A DNA stretch of 64,000 bases from Candidatus Eiseniibacteriota bacterium (lineage in GTDB: Bacteria; Eisenbacteria; RBG-16-71-46; CAZAMP01): contig OZ245046.1 in assembly GCA_965224245.1 (NCBI GenBank), positions 5,408,001 through 5,472,000 of the forward strand, given 5' to 3'. Positions 29,260 to 38,891 of this stretch are shown one piece after another (position 1 is the first letter of the stretch; each line of letters begins with the position of its first letter). The position numbers were made by a program, and so were the translations under genes. The notes under the pieces were generated by a model. That model saw nothing but the letters and a program-made list of their open reading frames with translations. It made no database searches and was not told where the DNA came from.

Positions 29260-30747
29260 ATGGCTGCCAGACGCCGTCTGGGTCGCAAGGTGCGGGCGGC
29301 CCGGCTCGAGCGCGGACTGACCCAGGCCGCGCTGGCCGAGCGGGTGGGAATCTCGCCGAGCTACCTGAACCTGATCGAGCACGATCGGCGCAACCTGTCC
29401 GCGCCGCTCCTGGTCGCGATTGCCCGCGAGCTGGAGCTGAACCTGGACGCGCTCGACGAGCGCGTGGAGACGCGACTCGCCGCCGATCTGAACGAGGTGT
29501 TCAGTGATCCCCTCTTCGAGTCGTTCTCGATTCCCGCGGCCGACGTCGAGGACTTCGTGACCTCGGCGCCCGGCGCCGCGCGGGCTGTCCGTCAGCTCTA
29601 CGAGTCGTATCGATCCGCACGCAGCTCGGCGGACACGCTGGCCGCGAGCGCGGCCGAGCGACACGAGCTGGGGGAAGGAGGGCGCGCGCTCCCGTACCCG
29701 GACGAGGCATCGGACTTCATCCAGCACCACGGAAACTACTTCCCCGAGCTGGAGGAGGCGGCCGAGCGGATCTGGGTCGACGCGCACCTCACGGTGGGCG
29801 ACGACTTCTTCCGCGCGCTCGCCGACTACCTCGCCGACCGCCACGGCGTCACCGTGCGCATCCGCAAGGTCGGCGAGGTGCGCGGCGCGCTCCGGGTCTA
29901 CGATCGCGCGCGCCGCGAGCTGATTCTCTCCGAGGCGCTTCGCCGAGGGTCACGGAACTTCCAGCTCGCGCATCAGATCGGTCTCCTGAACGGATCGGAG
30001 GTACTGGATCGGCTCGTGGCCGATCCGGAGCTCACGTCGGACATCTCGCGGGCGCTGGCGCGCGTCTCGCTCGCGAGCTATTTCGCGGGCGCGGTTCTGA
30101 TGCCGTACGACCGGTTCCTGAAGGCCGCCATCGCCGAGCGCTACGACATCGATCTCCTCGGCCATCGCTTCCGATCCAGCTTCGAGCAGGTGTGTCACCG
30201 GCTCACCACGCTTCGGAGACCCTCGGCCGAGGGGGTTCCGTTCCACTTCCTGCGGATCGACATCGCCGGCAACGTCAGCAAGCGGTTCAGCGCCGACGGG
30301 ATTCGATTCCCGCGCTTCAGCGGGCTGTGTCCCCTGTGGCCCGTTCACGGGGCGTTCCTGAGGCCGGGCATGATGCGGCCCCAGCTCTCGCGCCTGCCCG
30401 ACGGCACGACGTTCTTCACGGTGGCCCGCACCGTGCGCAAGCACCGGGGAGGCTACCATGCGCCGAACGTGCTCTTCGCCATCGGGCTCGGGTGCGACGT
30501 GGCCCACGCGCCCAGGCTCGTGTACGCCGACGGAATCGATCTGACCCACTTGGAAGCCGCGGTCCCGGTTGGTATGACGTGTCGGGCATGCGAGCGTGTC
30601 GACTGCGCGGCGCGGGCGTTTCCATCGCTTCAGAGGCCGATCGAAGTGGATGAGGACGTGCGCGGGGTGTCATTCTATGCGCCCGTGACGGATCCCGAAG
30701 ACGACGCGCGCGAGCGCGGCGGTCCCGGTCCCCGGGCGCGACGATGA
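29260..30747 (+). CDS. ramB: RamB/ScfR (short-chain fatty acyl-CoA regulator) family XRE regulator
   Basis: N-terminal XRE HTH (GLTQAALAERVGISPSYLNLIEH), FQLAHQ, SFEQVCHRLTTL, DIAGN and C-terminal CRACERVDC; divergent from aceBA. Confidence 0.88.
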   Translation: MAARRRLGRKVRAARLERGLTQAALAERVGISPSYLNLIEHDRRNLSAPLLVAIARELELNLDALDERVETRLAADLNEVFSDPLFESFSIPAADVEDFVTSAPGAARAVRQLYESYRSARSSADTLAASAAERHELGEGGRALPYPDEASDFIQHHGNYFPELEEAAERIWVDAHLTVGDDFFRALADYLADRHGVTVRIRKVGEVRGALRVYDRARRELILSEALRRGSRNFQLAHQIGLLNGSEVLDRLVADPELTSDISRALARVSLASYFAGAVLMPYDRFLKAAIAERYDIDLLGHRFRSSFEQVCHRLTTLRRPSAEGVPFHFLRIDIAGNVSKRFSADGIRFPRFSGLCPLWPVHGAFLRPGMMRPQLSRLPDGTTFFTVARTVRKHRGGYHAPNVLFAIGLGCDVAHAPRLVYADGIDLTHLEAAVPVGMTCRACERVDCAARAFPSLQRPIEVDEDVRGVSFYAPVTDPEDDARERGGPGPRARR

Positions 30748-30798
30748 CGCGACGCGTCCGGGCCGCGTGACCGACATCGACTCGAGAAGGAGTGGCGC

Positions 30799-31443
30799 AT
30801 GAGGCCGACCCAGACCCCATCATTCCCGACGCCGTGGAGAGGGCGTGCCGCCGGCACGCTGCTGATCGGTGTCGCATTGCTCGCATCGTGCGCGAGCGAG
30901 CCCGAGACGACCCGCGACGCCTCCACCGACGGCGACGCCGCACCGGGCCGGCCGCGTCCGGCGATCGCGATGAGCGACGTGCAGACCGTCGAGGGACTCT
31001 CGTTCCGGGTCCCGACCACGTGGCCCTCGGTCGAGCCGTCCGGCGCGATGCGCAAGGCCCAGTTCCAGATCCCGGGCGCGTCCTCGGACGGCGACGGCGA
31101 GCTGGTCGTGTTCCACTTCGGGGTCGGCAGCGGCGGCGACACCGAATCGAACATCACGCGCTGGATCCAGCAGTTCGATGCCGACGAGGGAGCGACGCCC
31201 GGTCGCTCCACGATCGAGACCGCGGCCGGCCTGAAGGTGTCCACGGTCAGCCTGGCGGGAACGATGAAGCCCTCGCCGATGATGGGCCAGACCGAGGCGA
31301 AGCCCGGGTGGTACCTCCTCGGAAGCGTCATCGAGGGCGAGGGCGGCCCCTGGTTCTTCAAGGCGACCGGTCCCCGCGAGACGCTCACCGCGAGCCGGGA
31401 CGCTTACAACGCGATGATCGCGACGTTCGCCCCCGCTCAGTGA
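30799..31443 (+). CDS. Conserved hypothetical lipoprotein
   Basis: AGGAG SD; lipobox LLASC; MRKAQF...LVVFHFG..GG...NITRWIQQF...PWFFKATGP. Confidence 0.72.
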   Translation: MRPTQTPSFPTPWRGRAAGTLLIGVALLASCASEPETTRDASTDGDAAPGRPRPAIAMSDVQTVEGLSFRVPTTWPSVEPSGAMRKAQFQIPGASSDGDGELVVFHFGVGSGGDTESNITRWIQQFDADEGATPGRSTIETAAGLKVSTVSLAGTMKPSPMMGQTEAKPGWYLLGSVIEGEGGPWFFKATGPRETLTASRDAYNAMIATFAPAQ

Positions 31444-32141
31444 CCCGATGGCCGGCCGCCTCGGCGGCCGGCGCCCGTCGTCCCATCCGTCATCGTCTCC
31501 AGCGCGCGTGACGTGTGGTCAGCCCGGATGTCTCCCCGGGCCAGGCGCCGCCGGAGTCGTTCGAGATCCTCGGGGCGGTCCACGTCGAACCAGCGCGCGA
31601 GCATCGACACCGCGAAGCCCCGGGACTCGAGGCGATCGCGTGTCCTGGCCAGGGTGTCTTCGCGACTCCACGGGAGACCGGCCAGGATCCCTTCGGGGCA
31701 CTCGGTGAGTCCGAGCGTGTAGAAGCCCCCGTCGGCGGTCGGCCCCATCGCCGCCCGCGCACCACGGGCCGCGGCCAGCCACCGGTTCGCCCGGGCCAGA
31801 GCCGCGGTGGGCACACCCGGGGAATCCACACCGACCGCCATCGCGACCGGCGCGTCGTGGAGCGCTCTCCTGAGGACGCGCTCCACACGATCACCGAGGT
31901 CGCCCTCGCCCTGGGTCCATATCGGGATCGACGGTGGGATCAGTCCGGTCTCGAACGGGCCCGTGCTCGCGACGGTCACCCGCGCCCAGTCGAGCGTGCG
32001 CATCGCGTCGAGCGTGTCCAGAAGAAACGCCCGCGCGAGCACCGCCGCGCCGTCGGCGCCGACGGCGGGGATCAGTCGCGTGTTGACCCTGCCCGGTACC
32101 GGGGGCTTGGCGAAGATCACGATGCGTGACGGCCGGCTCAT
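31437..32141 (-). CDS. DUF2064 / TIGR04282-type glycosyltransferase-fold protein
   Basis: IFAKPPVPGRVNTRL, QGEGDLGDR, GPTADGGFY, WFDVDRPEDL. Confidence 0.85.
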   Translation of the reverse strand: MSRPSRIVIFAKPPVPGRVNTRLIPAVGADGAAVLARAFLLDTLDAMRTLDWARVTVASTGPFETGLIPPSIPIWTQGEGDLGDRVERVLRRALHDAPVAMAVGVDSPGVPTAALARANRWLAAARGARAAMGPTADGGFYTLGLTECPEGILAGLPWSREDTLARTRDRLESRGFAVSMLARWFDVDRPEDLERLRRRLARGDIRADHTSRALETMTDGTTGAGRRGGRPSGH

Positions 32142-32161
32142 GCGTCGACTCTACCGCATCG

Positions 32162-33916
32162 TCAGTGCGCGATGCCCGGATCCTCTCCGTCGGGGAGCGC
32201 AGGTCGCTCCCGCGAGAGACCGCGTCCGGCGGCTCGCTCGACCCACGCCGCGTCGGCGGTGGACCGCATCCACGAGGTGCTCTCGGCGAACTCGCGTGCG
32301 ATGCGCTCGAACTCGCCGGCGTTGTCCAGGAACGCGTCCACCACGTCGGGATCGAACTGGCGTCCGCGTTCGGCGAGGATCAGGCGGCGCGCCTCGATCG
32401 GACCCATCGCGCGCTTGTACACGCGCTCGCTGACCAGCGCGTCGTAAACGTCGGCCAGCGCCATCAGCCGGGCCGGGAGCGGGATGTCGCTGCCCGTGAG
32501 GCCGTACGGATAGCCGCCGCCATCCCAGCGCTCGTGGTGGTAATATGCGATGTCCCGGGCCAGCCGAAGGAACCGGTTGGGCCCCGAGCGATGCTCGGCC
32601 CAGGCCAGCGCGTCACCGCCGAACTCGGCGTGCTGGCGCATCGTCGCGGTCTCGTCCGGCGTCAGGGCGCCGGGCTTCAAGAGGACGGCGTCGGGGACCC
32701 CGACCTTGCCGATGTCGTGGAGCGGCGTGGCGCGCGTGAGCATCTCGATCGTGTGGTCGTCGAGCTCCGGTGCGAAGAGCGGATGCGAGCGCAGCGCGGT
32801 GGCGAGGACGCGGACATATCGCTTCGTGCGCTCGAGGTGGAGTGCGGTGTCCGGGTCCCGGAGCTCCGCCAGTCGTGCGAGGCCCAGGACCAGCGCTTCC
32901 TGACTGCTCACGAGCTCGGCGGTGCGCTCCAGCACGCTCGTCTCCAGCGCCTCGTTCGAGCGACGAAGCGTGCGCTCCAGCCGGCGCGCGTCGGTGACGT
33001 CGTGTCCGATTACCAGAACGGTCGGCTCACCGGGAAACCGTCGGAGCACGTGCTCGAACGTCCGATCCCCGATCGTCGTGTCGGCGCGTATCGACGTGTG
33101 CTCCTCGAGGCATCTGGCCACCAGGGCGGGCAGGTTCTCGGGCAACAGGCGCTGCCGGCCGATGCCGGCGCGCTGGAGTCGGTGCTCGATGTCGCGCGCC
33201 GCGGGGTTGCGATACAGGACGCGCCCCGAGCGCGAGATCTTCCACATCGGTCGCGGGCTCGCCTCCGGAAAGCGCGACAGCGCATCGACCTGACGCATCG
33301 TGTCCGAGAGCAGGCGATCGCGCTGGGCCCGGGTGCGTCGTGCGCTGAGCAGTGCCCAGACGCTCGTGCCGAGCGCGGCGCCGACCGCGGTCGCCGCGGC
33401 GAGCCATGCCCAGAGGCCGATCAGTCCGTGCACGTCGACCACCAGCAGCGGGAGGGTCGAGATCACGAACGCGGCGAGCGCCGCGAATCGTCCGGTGCGC
33501 CCGGCGGCGCAGGGGTCGTCGATCCTGGGATCGCGGCGACGACCCGCCGCACGCGATGCCTCCCGGTCCGCGGCGGCGATCTCGAGACGTCCGGCGGCGG
33601 GGTCGGCATGGATCTCGAGGCCGGGATGAGTCGTCGAGATCCTGAGAGGGCGAGGCGGTGCCGTCGCCGTGCGGGGGCGTCCATCGAGCGAGTCGACCAC
33701 GTACACGAGCGACCAGACGATCTCGTCGTACCCGAGGTTGGTGTCGAGCCGCACCACGCGGATGCCGACGCGGGCCAGATCGCTCAGGTCGCCGAGCCCG
33801 GCGCGCAGCTCCAGGACGCGCCAGCCGGACACGAGCAGGATGCTCGGCCGGGGCCCGTCGAACTCCAGGTGGAGCGAGACGGTGCGCGCGCCACGATCTC
33901 GGATCGGGGGAAGCAC
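32162..33916 (-). CDS. Membrane-associated HD-GYP phosphodiesterase with PAS-like region
   Basis: LHDIGKVGVPDAVLLKPG, HHERWDGGGYPYGL, ADVYDALVSERVYK; two TM segments. The frame is open upstream, so the start may be ATC at 34063. Confidence 0.85.
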   Translation of the reverse strand: MLPPIRDRGARTVSLHLEFDGPRPSILLVSGWRVLELRAGLGDLSDLARVGIRVVRLDTNLGYDEIVWSLVYVVDSLDGRPRTATAPPRPLRISTTHPGLEIHADPAAGRLEIAAADREASRAAGRRRDPRIDDPCAAGRTGRFAALAAFVISTLPLLVVDVHGLIGLWAWLAAATAVGAALGTSVWALLSARRTRAQRDRLLSDTMRQVDALSRFPEASPRPMWKISRSGRVLYRNPAARDIEHRLQRAGIGRQRLLPENLPALVARCLEEHTSIRADTTIGDRTFEHVLRRFPGEPTVLVIGHDVTDARRLERTLRRSNEALETSVLERTAELVSSQEALVLGLARLAELRDPDTALHLERTKRYVRVLATALRSHPLFAPELDDHTIEMLTRATPLHDIGKVGVPDAVLLKPGALTPDETATMRQHAEFGGDALAWAEHRSGPNRFLRLARDIAYYHHERWDGGGYPYGLTGSDIPLPARLMALADVYDALVSERVYKRAMGPIEARRLILAERGRQFDPDVVDAFLDNAGEFERIAREFAESTSWMRSTADAAWVERAAGRGLSRERPALPDGEDPGIAH

Positions 33917-34186
33917 GTCCCGATCGAGGTGCTCGGCCAGTGGCGTCAGCTCGCGCGCGAGCGCACGGCGGCGCCATCGGAGGCGCAGGCGGCCCAGCCG
34001 CTGGCATCCACGCCGCAGGTGATAGCCCGCGCGCGCCGGTGTGGGAGAGTTGACGCTGGCGATGCCGACCCCTCCGCAACGTGAGGCGGCGCACCGGTCG
34101 GGAGGCCGCCTGGGTCCTCCTTCGGGTATCGGCAGCCGGCATCGTTTCGAAAGGAGGACTCGGCGAATGGGCGTTGGACGACGCCG

Positions 34187-35098
34187 TCAGGAGGGCTTCG
34201 GTGGACGCCGGAGAAGCTCCAGCTCCTCCAGCGTCCGCGGCCAGTCCTTCTTGAGAAGCCGCGAGAGGCCTCGATCGGCCAGGAGTCGCCCACCGGTCTG
34301 GCACGTGGCGCAGTAGTTGGTCTCGTTGGACGCGTACACGATTCGCTGCACCGGAGACCCGCAGTCCGGACACGGCTCCCCGTACCGCCCATGCACCGCC
34401 ATGCCGGGACGGAACGCCGTCACCTTCTCCGGAAACCCGTCACCCACCTCCTCGCGGAGCCGCTGCCGCCAGTGTACGAGGACCGCGCGCGCGGCCTCGT
34501 AGAGGCGTGAGACGGCCTCCGGGTCGAGGCTCCGGCTCATCGCGAGGGGGGAGAGCTGGGCCCGGTGCAGGATCTCGTCCGAGTACGCGTTCCCGATGCC
34601 GCTGACCAGACGCGGGTCGGTCAGCGTCCGCTTGAGGGTGTGGTTCTCGCGGGCCACGACCTCCCCGAAGGCGGCCTCGGAGGCGTCGAGAACTTCCAGG
34701 CCGCCGGGGTCGTGTCGCCCGACCGCCGCCTCGTCGGGCTCCACGTGAAGTGACGCGCGCTTTCGGGTTCCGGCCTCGGTGAGCAGGAGCGATCCGGTCG
34801 GGAAATCGAATGCGGCCAGACCCAGCTTCCCGGGGATCGTGACGTCGCGTTCCCGCCAGCGAAGCCGGCCCGCGATCATCAGGTGGATGACGAAGTAGAG
34901 CGGCGGATCGAACCCGACGACGATGCGCTTTCCCACGCGGCGGCACGTCGCGACCCGCCGGCCCTCCGCGTCGGACGGCTTCGGGGAGACGGTGCGCACC
35001 AGGAACGGGCTCCGGATCCGCGCGCGCTCGAGCTCGAGCCCACCGAGCATGGACGACAGTCGCTCCACGTACACGTCGACGTCGGGTAGCTCGGGCAT
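34187..35098 (-). CDS. Fpg/Nei family DNA glycosylase
   Basis: N-terminal PELPD, H2TH GIGNAYSDEIL, zinc finger CPDC...CATCQ; GGAGGA SD. Confidence 0.9.
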   Translation of the reverse strand: MPELPDVDVYVERLSSMLGGLELERARIRSPFLVRTVSPKPSDAEGRRVATCRRVGKRIVVGFDPPLYFVIHLMIAGRLRWRERDVTIPGKLGLAAFDFPTGSLLLTEAGTRKRASLHVEPDEAAVGRHDPGGLEVLDASEAAFGEVVARENHTLKRTLTDPRLVSGIGNAYSDEILHRAQLSPLAMSRSLDPEAVSRLYEAARAVLVHWRQRLREEVGDGFPEKVTAFRPGMAVHGRYGEPCPDCGSPVQRIVYASNETNYCATCQTGGRLLADRGLSRLLKKDWPRTLEELELLRRPPKPS

Positions 35099-35121
35099 GT
35101 GCGAACATCCTCCCGGTGCGC

Positions 35122-35150
35122 TTGCGGTGGGCGCGCACCATCACTAGACT
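35122..35150 (+). promoter_or_regulatory. Sigma70-type promoter for the kinase gene
   Basis: TTGCGG-17-TAGACT. Confidence 0.5.
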
Positions 35151-35232
35151 GCGGCGCGCGCCCGCAGCGGCGGCGGCGGCGGGCTCCTCCATCGATCGCC
35201 GCCCCAGACACCGCCAACCCAAGTCGATTCCG

Positions 35233-36537
35233 ATGAAGAGACCGCAACACCGCCGGCTCCGGGTTCGTCAAAAGCTCGGCAAGTATCGCATCGACGCGAG
35301 GCTGGCCACCGGTGGCTTCGCGGACGTGTTCCGCGGCTATGATACCGTCGAGGGCGTCAAGGTCGCGCTCAAAGTGCCCAACGCCACCGCGCTCGCGCAC
35401 AGCGGCATGGCCGAGTTCCGCAAGGAAGTCCGCCTGACCGTGCACCTCGATCATCCCAACATCCTCGCCATCAAGAACGCCGACATCATCGACGGCATCT
35501 TCGTGATCGCCTATCCGCTGGGCGAGCGCTCCCTGGCCGATCGCTTGAAGACCCGCCTCTCGGTCCAGACCGCGCTCGACTACACCGAGCAGCTGCTCGA
35601 CGCGGTCGCGCATGCGCACGAACGGGGGGTCATCCACTGCGACATCAAGCCCGAGAACGTCCTCCTGTTCGAGGACGAGAGCGAGCTACGGCTCGCCGAC
35701 TTCGGCATCGGGCGCTTCGGGGTCAAGACGCTGATCGGCTCGGGGTCGGGCACGGTGGGTTACGTGGCGCCCGAGCAAGCGCTCGGCAAGCTCTCGTTTC
35801 GCTCCGACGTGTTCTCGCTGGGCCTCCTGTTGTATCGGATGTTCACCGGTCACCTTCCGGAGTGGCCGTTCGAGTGGCCGCCGGCGGGGCACGCGATCCT
35901 TCGCCGGAAGCTGCATCCCGACATGATCGCGATGATCCGGCGATCCATCGAGGTGAACGCACGCAAGCGGTTCCCCCACGGCTCGGCCATGCTCGCCGAG
36001 TTCCAGCGGGTGAAGCGCCGGGCCGTTCAGACGCCCCGCCGACGCCGCACGGCCGCATCCCCCGACTGGCGCTCCATTCGCCTGCGCGCGTTTCGTCGTG
36101 CGTACGGCAAGGGTCTCGAGACCCGCCTGCAGTGTCGTCACTGCGACGGGCCGGTCTCCGAGGCCATGCAGTGCTGCCCGTGGTGCGGCGTCACGCGTGA
36201 CGCGCGGCCCGACGAGACCTCGATGCCGGCCACCTGTCCCCGCTGCAAGCGTGGCGTCAAGCTGGACTGGGCCTACTGCGCCTGGTGCTACGGCGGCGCG
36301 ATCGGCCCGATCTCGGAGCGGCGGTATCCCGATCTTCGCTATGTGGGGCGCTGCAGCCACTCGGGCTGCCCGCGCCGGGAGCTGATGCCCTTCATGCGCT
36401 ACTGCCCCTGGTGCCGGCACAAGGTGCGACGGAAGTGGCCCGTAGAGGGCACCCGGTCGACGTGCCGCCGCTGCGGCTGGGGGGTCGTCTCGGAGTACTG
36501 GGACTTCTGCCCGTGGTGTTCCCGGGCCGTCGAGTAG
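35233..36537 (+). CDS. Ser/Thr protein kinase with C-terminal multiple zinc ribbons
   Basis: [32 protein letters not shown]-terminus has 8 Cys pairs (CRHC, CPWC, CPRC, CAWC, CSHSGC, CPWC, CRRC, CPWC). Confidence 0.9.
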   Translation: MKRPQHRRLRVRQKLGKYRIDARLATGGFADVFRGYDTVEGVKVALKVPNATALAHSGMAEFRKEVRLTVHLDHPNILAIKNADIIDGIFVIAYPLGERSLADRLKTRLSVQTALDYTEQLLDAVAHAHERGVIHCDIKPENVLLFEDESELRLADFGIGRFGVKTLIGSGSGTVGYVAPEQALGKLSFRSDVFSLGLLLYRMFTGHLPEWPFEWPPAGHAILRRKLHPDMIAMIRRSIEVNARKRFPHGSAMLAEFQRVKRRAVQTPRRRRTAASPDWRSIRLRAFRRAYGKGLETRLQCRHCDGPVSEAMQCCPWCGVTRDARPDETSMPATCPRCKRGVKLDWAYCAWCYGGAIGPISERRYPDLRYVGRCSHSGCPRRELMPFMRYCPWCRHKVRRKWPVEGTRSTCRRCGWGVVSEYWDFCPWCSRAVE

Positions 36538-36748
36538 CGCCGCCCATCCATCAAAAAAAACGATTTTGAACCACGTTCGGGTCGATTTGATGTTGTTCGG
36601 CCACGACGGAGCGCCGTAAATTTGGGTGGAACGCCGAAGCCCGGGAACCGGGCCGTGACTCGGCGAGTCTGTATCGGGTCAAACCGAGGACGCTCGATCC
36701 ACCACAGATATCGATTTCCGGGGCCTGGTCGATTTCACGACACGAGGA

Positions 36749-38284
36749 ATGACGACGATGACGCTCGAACCGCTGCTCAGGATGCACGACGCCAATTACG
36801 TCCGCTTGCGGCTCCGGAACATCCTGTATGACATCCGCTTCGCTCACGGCCGGGACACGGCCCAGATTCCGCACAGCTTCGATACCGACGCTCTCCTGGA
36901 CTTCTCACGCGAGGAGATGCGCCGCCGTCACCTGAGGAACGTTCCCCAGTGGACCGATCTGGTCGAGGCCGCCGCCGCGGTGGAGGCCGTGGTCGGCGAT
37001 CCCGACCAGGCACGCAAGCTCCTGCAGGTGGGCGCCAGGACGACCGGCCACGAACGCGCCTTCAATCTCTACCATCAGGCGGTGCTGCTGCACATGCCGG
37101 CCGGCGAGCGCCTTGCCGCGCGACGGCTCCTGCTCGATGCCCACGACTCGGTCACCGGCGATCGAGACCTGAAGACGCGCATCGTGCTGGCGAGCGGGCG
37201 GGCGGCACGGAAGCTCGGGGATCGTCCCGGCGCCGAGAAGGCGTACTCACAGATCCTGGCCACGGGCGTCACGAAGTATCGCCCGCTGGCCATGCAGTAC
37301 CTGGCGCTGGTCAAGTTCGACATGGGCGACCTGGACGACGCGATCTCGCTCAATCGTAAGGCCCACACGATCTTCAAGCGCGAGCGCGACGAGTACGCGG
37401 CCATCGGCGCCGATACCGACCTGCTCGCGATCACGACGATGTCCGACCCCGCGCGCGCGCTGGCGCACGGCCAGGCCCTGCTCAAGAGACACGAGCGGTT
37501 GCTCGATCTCTCCCACGTGGTGGGGTGCACGAACAACCTGGGCGTCGCAGCGATGCACGCCGGCGATCACCGCGCGGCGCGCGAGTACTACGTGAAGGCG
37601 ATCACGTATGCGTCGGCGCTCCGCCGTCGCGCGCTCCTGGCCGGTGCCTACATGAACCTGGGACGCGTGCTTCGCGCCCAGCGCCGGGCCGCCGCGTCGC
37701 TGGCCGCGTTCGACCGTGCCGCGAGCCTGTATCGTGCCTCGGAGTCCAACATCGAGGAGTTCCGCACGCTCGCGGGCGCGCTGGAGACGGTGTCCTCGTC
37801 CGGCGACGCGACCGTGATCGGGGTGCTTCTGGCCCGGCTGCGCGAGCTGCTCCAGACCGGCGAGGCGTTCCCGGCCCGCTCCCTGGCCATCGTCGCCGAC
37901 GTCTCGACGTCGTACGCGCTGGGCGGTTCCCCGGTCAAGTCGTCGCGCCGATCGGTGACGAGCTTCGCGAGCCGAGAGGGATTCGCGGAGCTGGATCGCA
38001 TCACCGGCGACGTTCGCGCCGATCAGTACGACTCGCTTCTGACCGATCGGATCGGTGAGGGGATCCCCGGGCGCACCAGCCCGCCGGCGCGGTCACTGGT
38101 GTCGTTCCTGCTCATGTTCCAGGGAGACTTCCTGCGCTGCCGCAACTATGCGCGCGAGTTCGGGCTGACCCAGGATCGCTCCAAGAACCACCTGCTCGAT
38201 CTCTGCCGGCGGAACATCCTGGAGCTGACCGGAACGAAGAAGGGGTCGAAGTACGCGCTGGCGTTTCATCGCTCCAATGCATGA
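36749..38284 (+). CDS. TPR-repeat protein with C-terminal winged-helix-like domain (putative regulator)
   Basis: GAGG SD; TPR-like units (GDRPGAEKAYSQ, GDLDDAISLNRKA, NNLGVAAMHAGDHRAAREYYVKA, MNLGRVL). The C-terminus NYAREFGLTQDRSKNHLLDLCRRNILELTGTKKGSKY resembles a wHTH. Confidence 0.75.
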   Translation: MTTMTLEPLLRMHDANYVRLRLRNILYDIRFAHGRDTAQIPHSFDTDALLDFSREEMRRRHLRNVPQWTDLVEAAAAVEAVVGDPDQARKLLQVGARTTGHERAFNLYHQAVLLHMPAGERLAARRLLLDAHDSVTGDRDLKTRIVLASGRAARKLGDRPGAEKAYSQILATGVTKYRPLAMQYLALVKFDMGDLDDAISLNRKAHTIFKRERDEYAAIGADTDLLAITTMSDPARALAHGQALLKRHERLLDLSHVVGCTNNLGVAAMHAGDHRAAREYYVKAITYASALRRRALLAGAYMNLGRVLRAQRRAAASLAAFDRAASLYRASESNIEEFRTLAGALETVSSSGDATVIGVLLARLRELLQTGEAFPARSLAIVADVSTSYALGGSPVKSSRRSVTSFASREGFAELDRITGDVRADQYDSLLTDRIGEGIPGRTSPPARSLVSFLLMFQGDFLRCRNYAREFGLTQDRSKNHLLDLCRRNILELTGTKKGSKYALAFHRSNA

Positions 38285-38319
38285 GGCGGCGCCCGGGCCG
38301 GGCGCCGCCGGTGAGCGAT

Positions 38320-38676
38320 CTACTCGTCGGACGTGAAGAGCCATTCCTCACACTCTTCCACGAGGTACGACACGTCGGCCGAGCCGCTCGCCGAGAGGCG
38401 AATGCGAGAGCCCTCGACGATGGCCGGTGCCGTGATCGCCGTCCACGTTCCGGAGGCGTAGACGTCGAGATCGCCCGCGTCGATCGACTGCACGTCGAAC
38501 GTCACGACGGCGGGTGACGATGTCCCCGGAACCAGGAAGCGGACGGTCTCGAAGCTGGACGACGTGATCGTGTTCTTCACGACGCCGGGGCAGGTCGCGT
38601 TCGCGATCGTGGTGACGATCCCCGACACGACGGCCACGGCCAGGGTCGCGCGCGTGGGGACTCTGGGTCGCATCAC
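38320..38676 (-). CDS. Small secreted protein of unknown function
   Basis: Strong AAGGAGG SD; signal peptide ending IANA; mature ~91 aa with Cys near both ends. Confidence 0.7.
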   Translation of the reverse strand: MMRPRVPTRATLAVAVVSGIVTTIANATCPGVVKNTITSSSFETVRFLVPGTSSPAVVTFDVQSIDAGDLDVYASGTWTAITAPAIVEGSRIRLSASGSADVSYLVEECEEWLFTSDE

Positions 38677-38843
38677 GTTCCTCCTTCGGCGCCGGTGAGG
38701 ACGCCGGCTCCCACGAGACGAGCTCGAGGAGATCTCTGGGGGGCTTCTCCTCGTCGCGCCCCATCAGACAAGACGCGAAAAGGTGCCGCGATCCGACAGC
38801 TGATCGGATCACGTGCGGGGCTGACGCTCGAGCGACGTCCGAC

Positions 38844-38891
38844 TTTGGTGTCGATTTGCGTCATTTACGTCGCATTTTCGACGTTTGCGTC
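38844..38891. repeat. Five helically phased imperfect direct repeats (TTTGCGTC-like)
   Basis: TTT-initiated units at 38844, 38855, 38864, 38875 and 38884 (TTTGGTGTC, TTTGCGTC, TTTACGTC, TTTTCGAC, TTTGCGTC). Confidence 0.6.

Noticed and set aside
38673..38864. 63-aa ORF upstream of the small secreted gene as a signalling peptide
   Set aside because: No SD or signal peptide, and it overlaps regulatory-looking repeats and hairpins.
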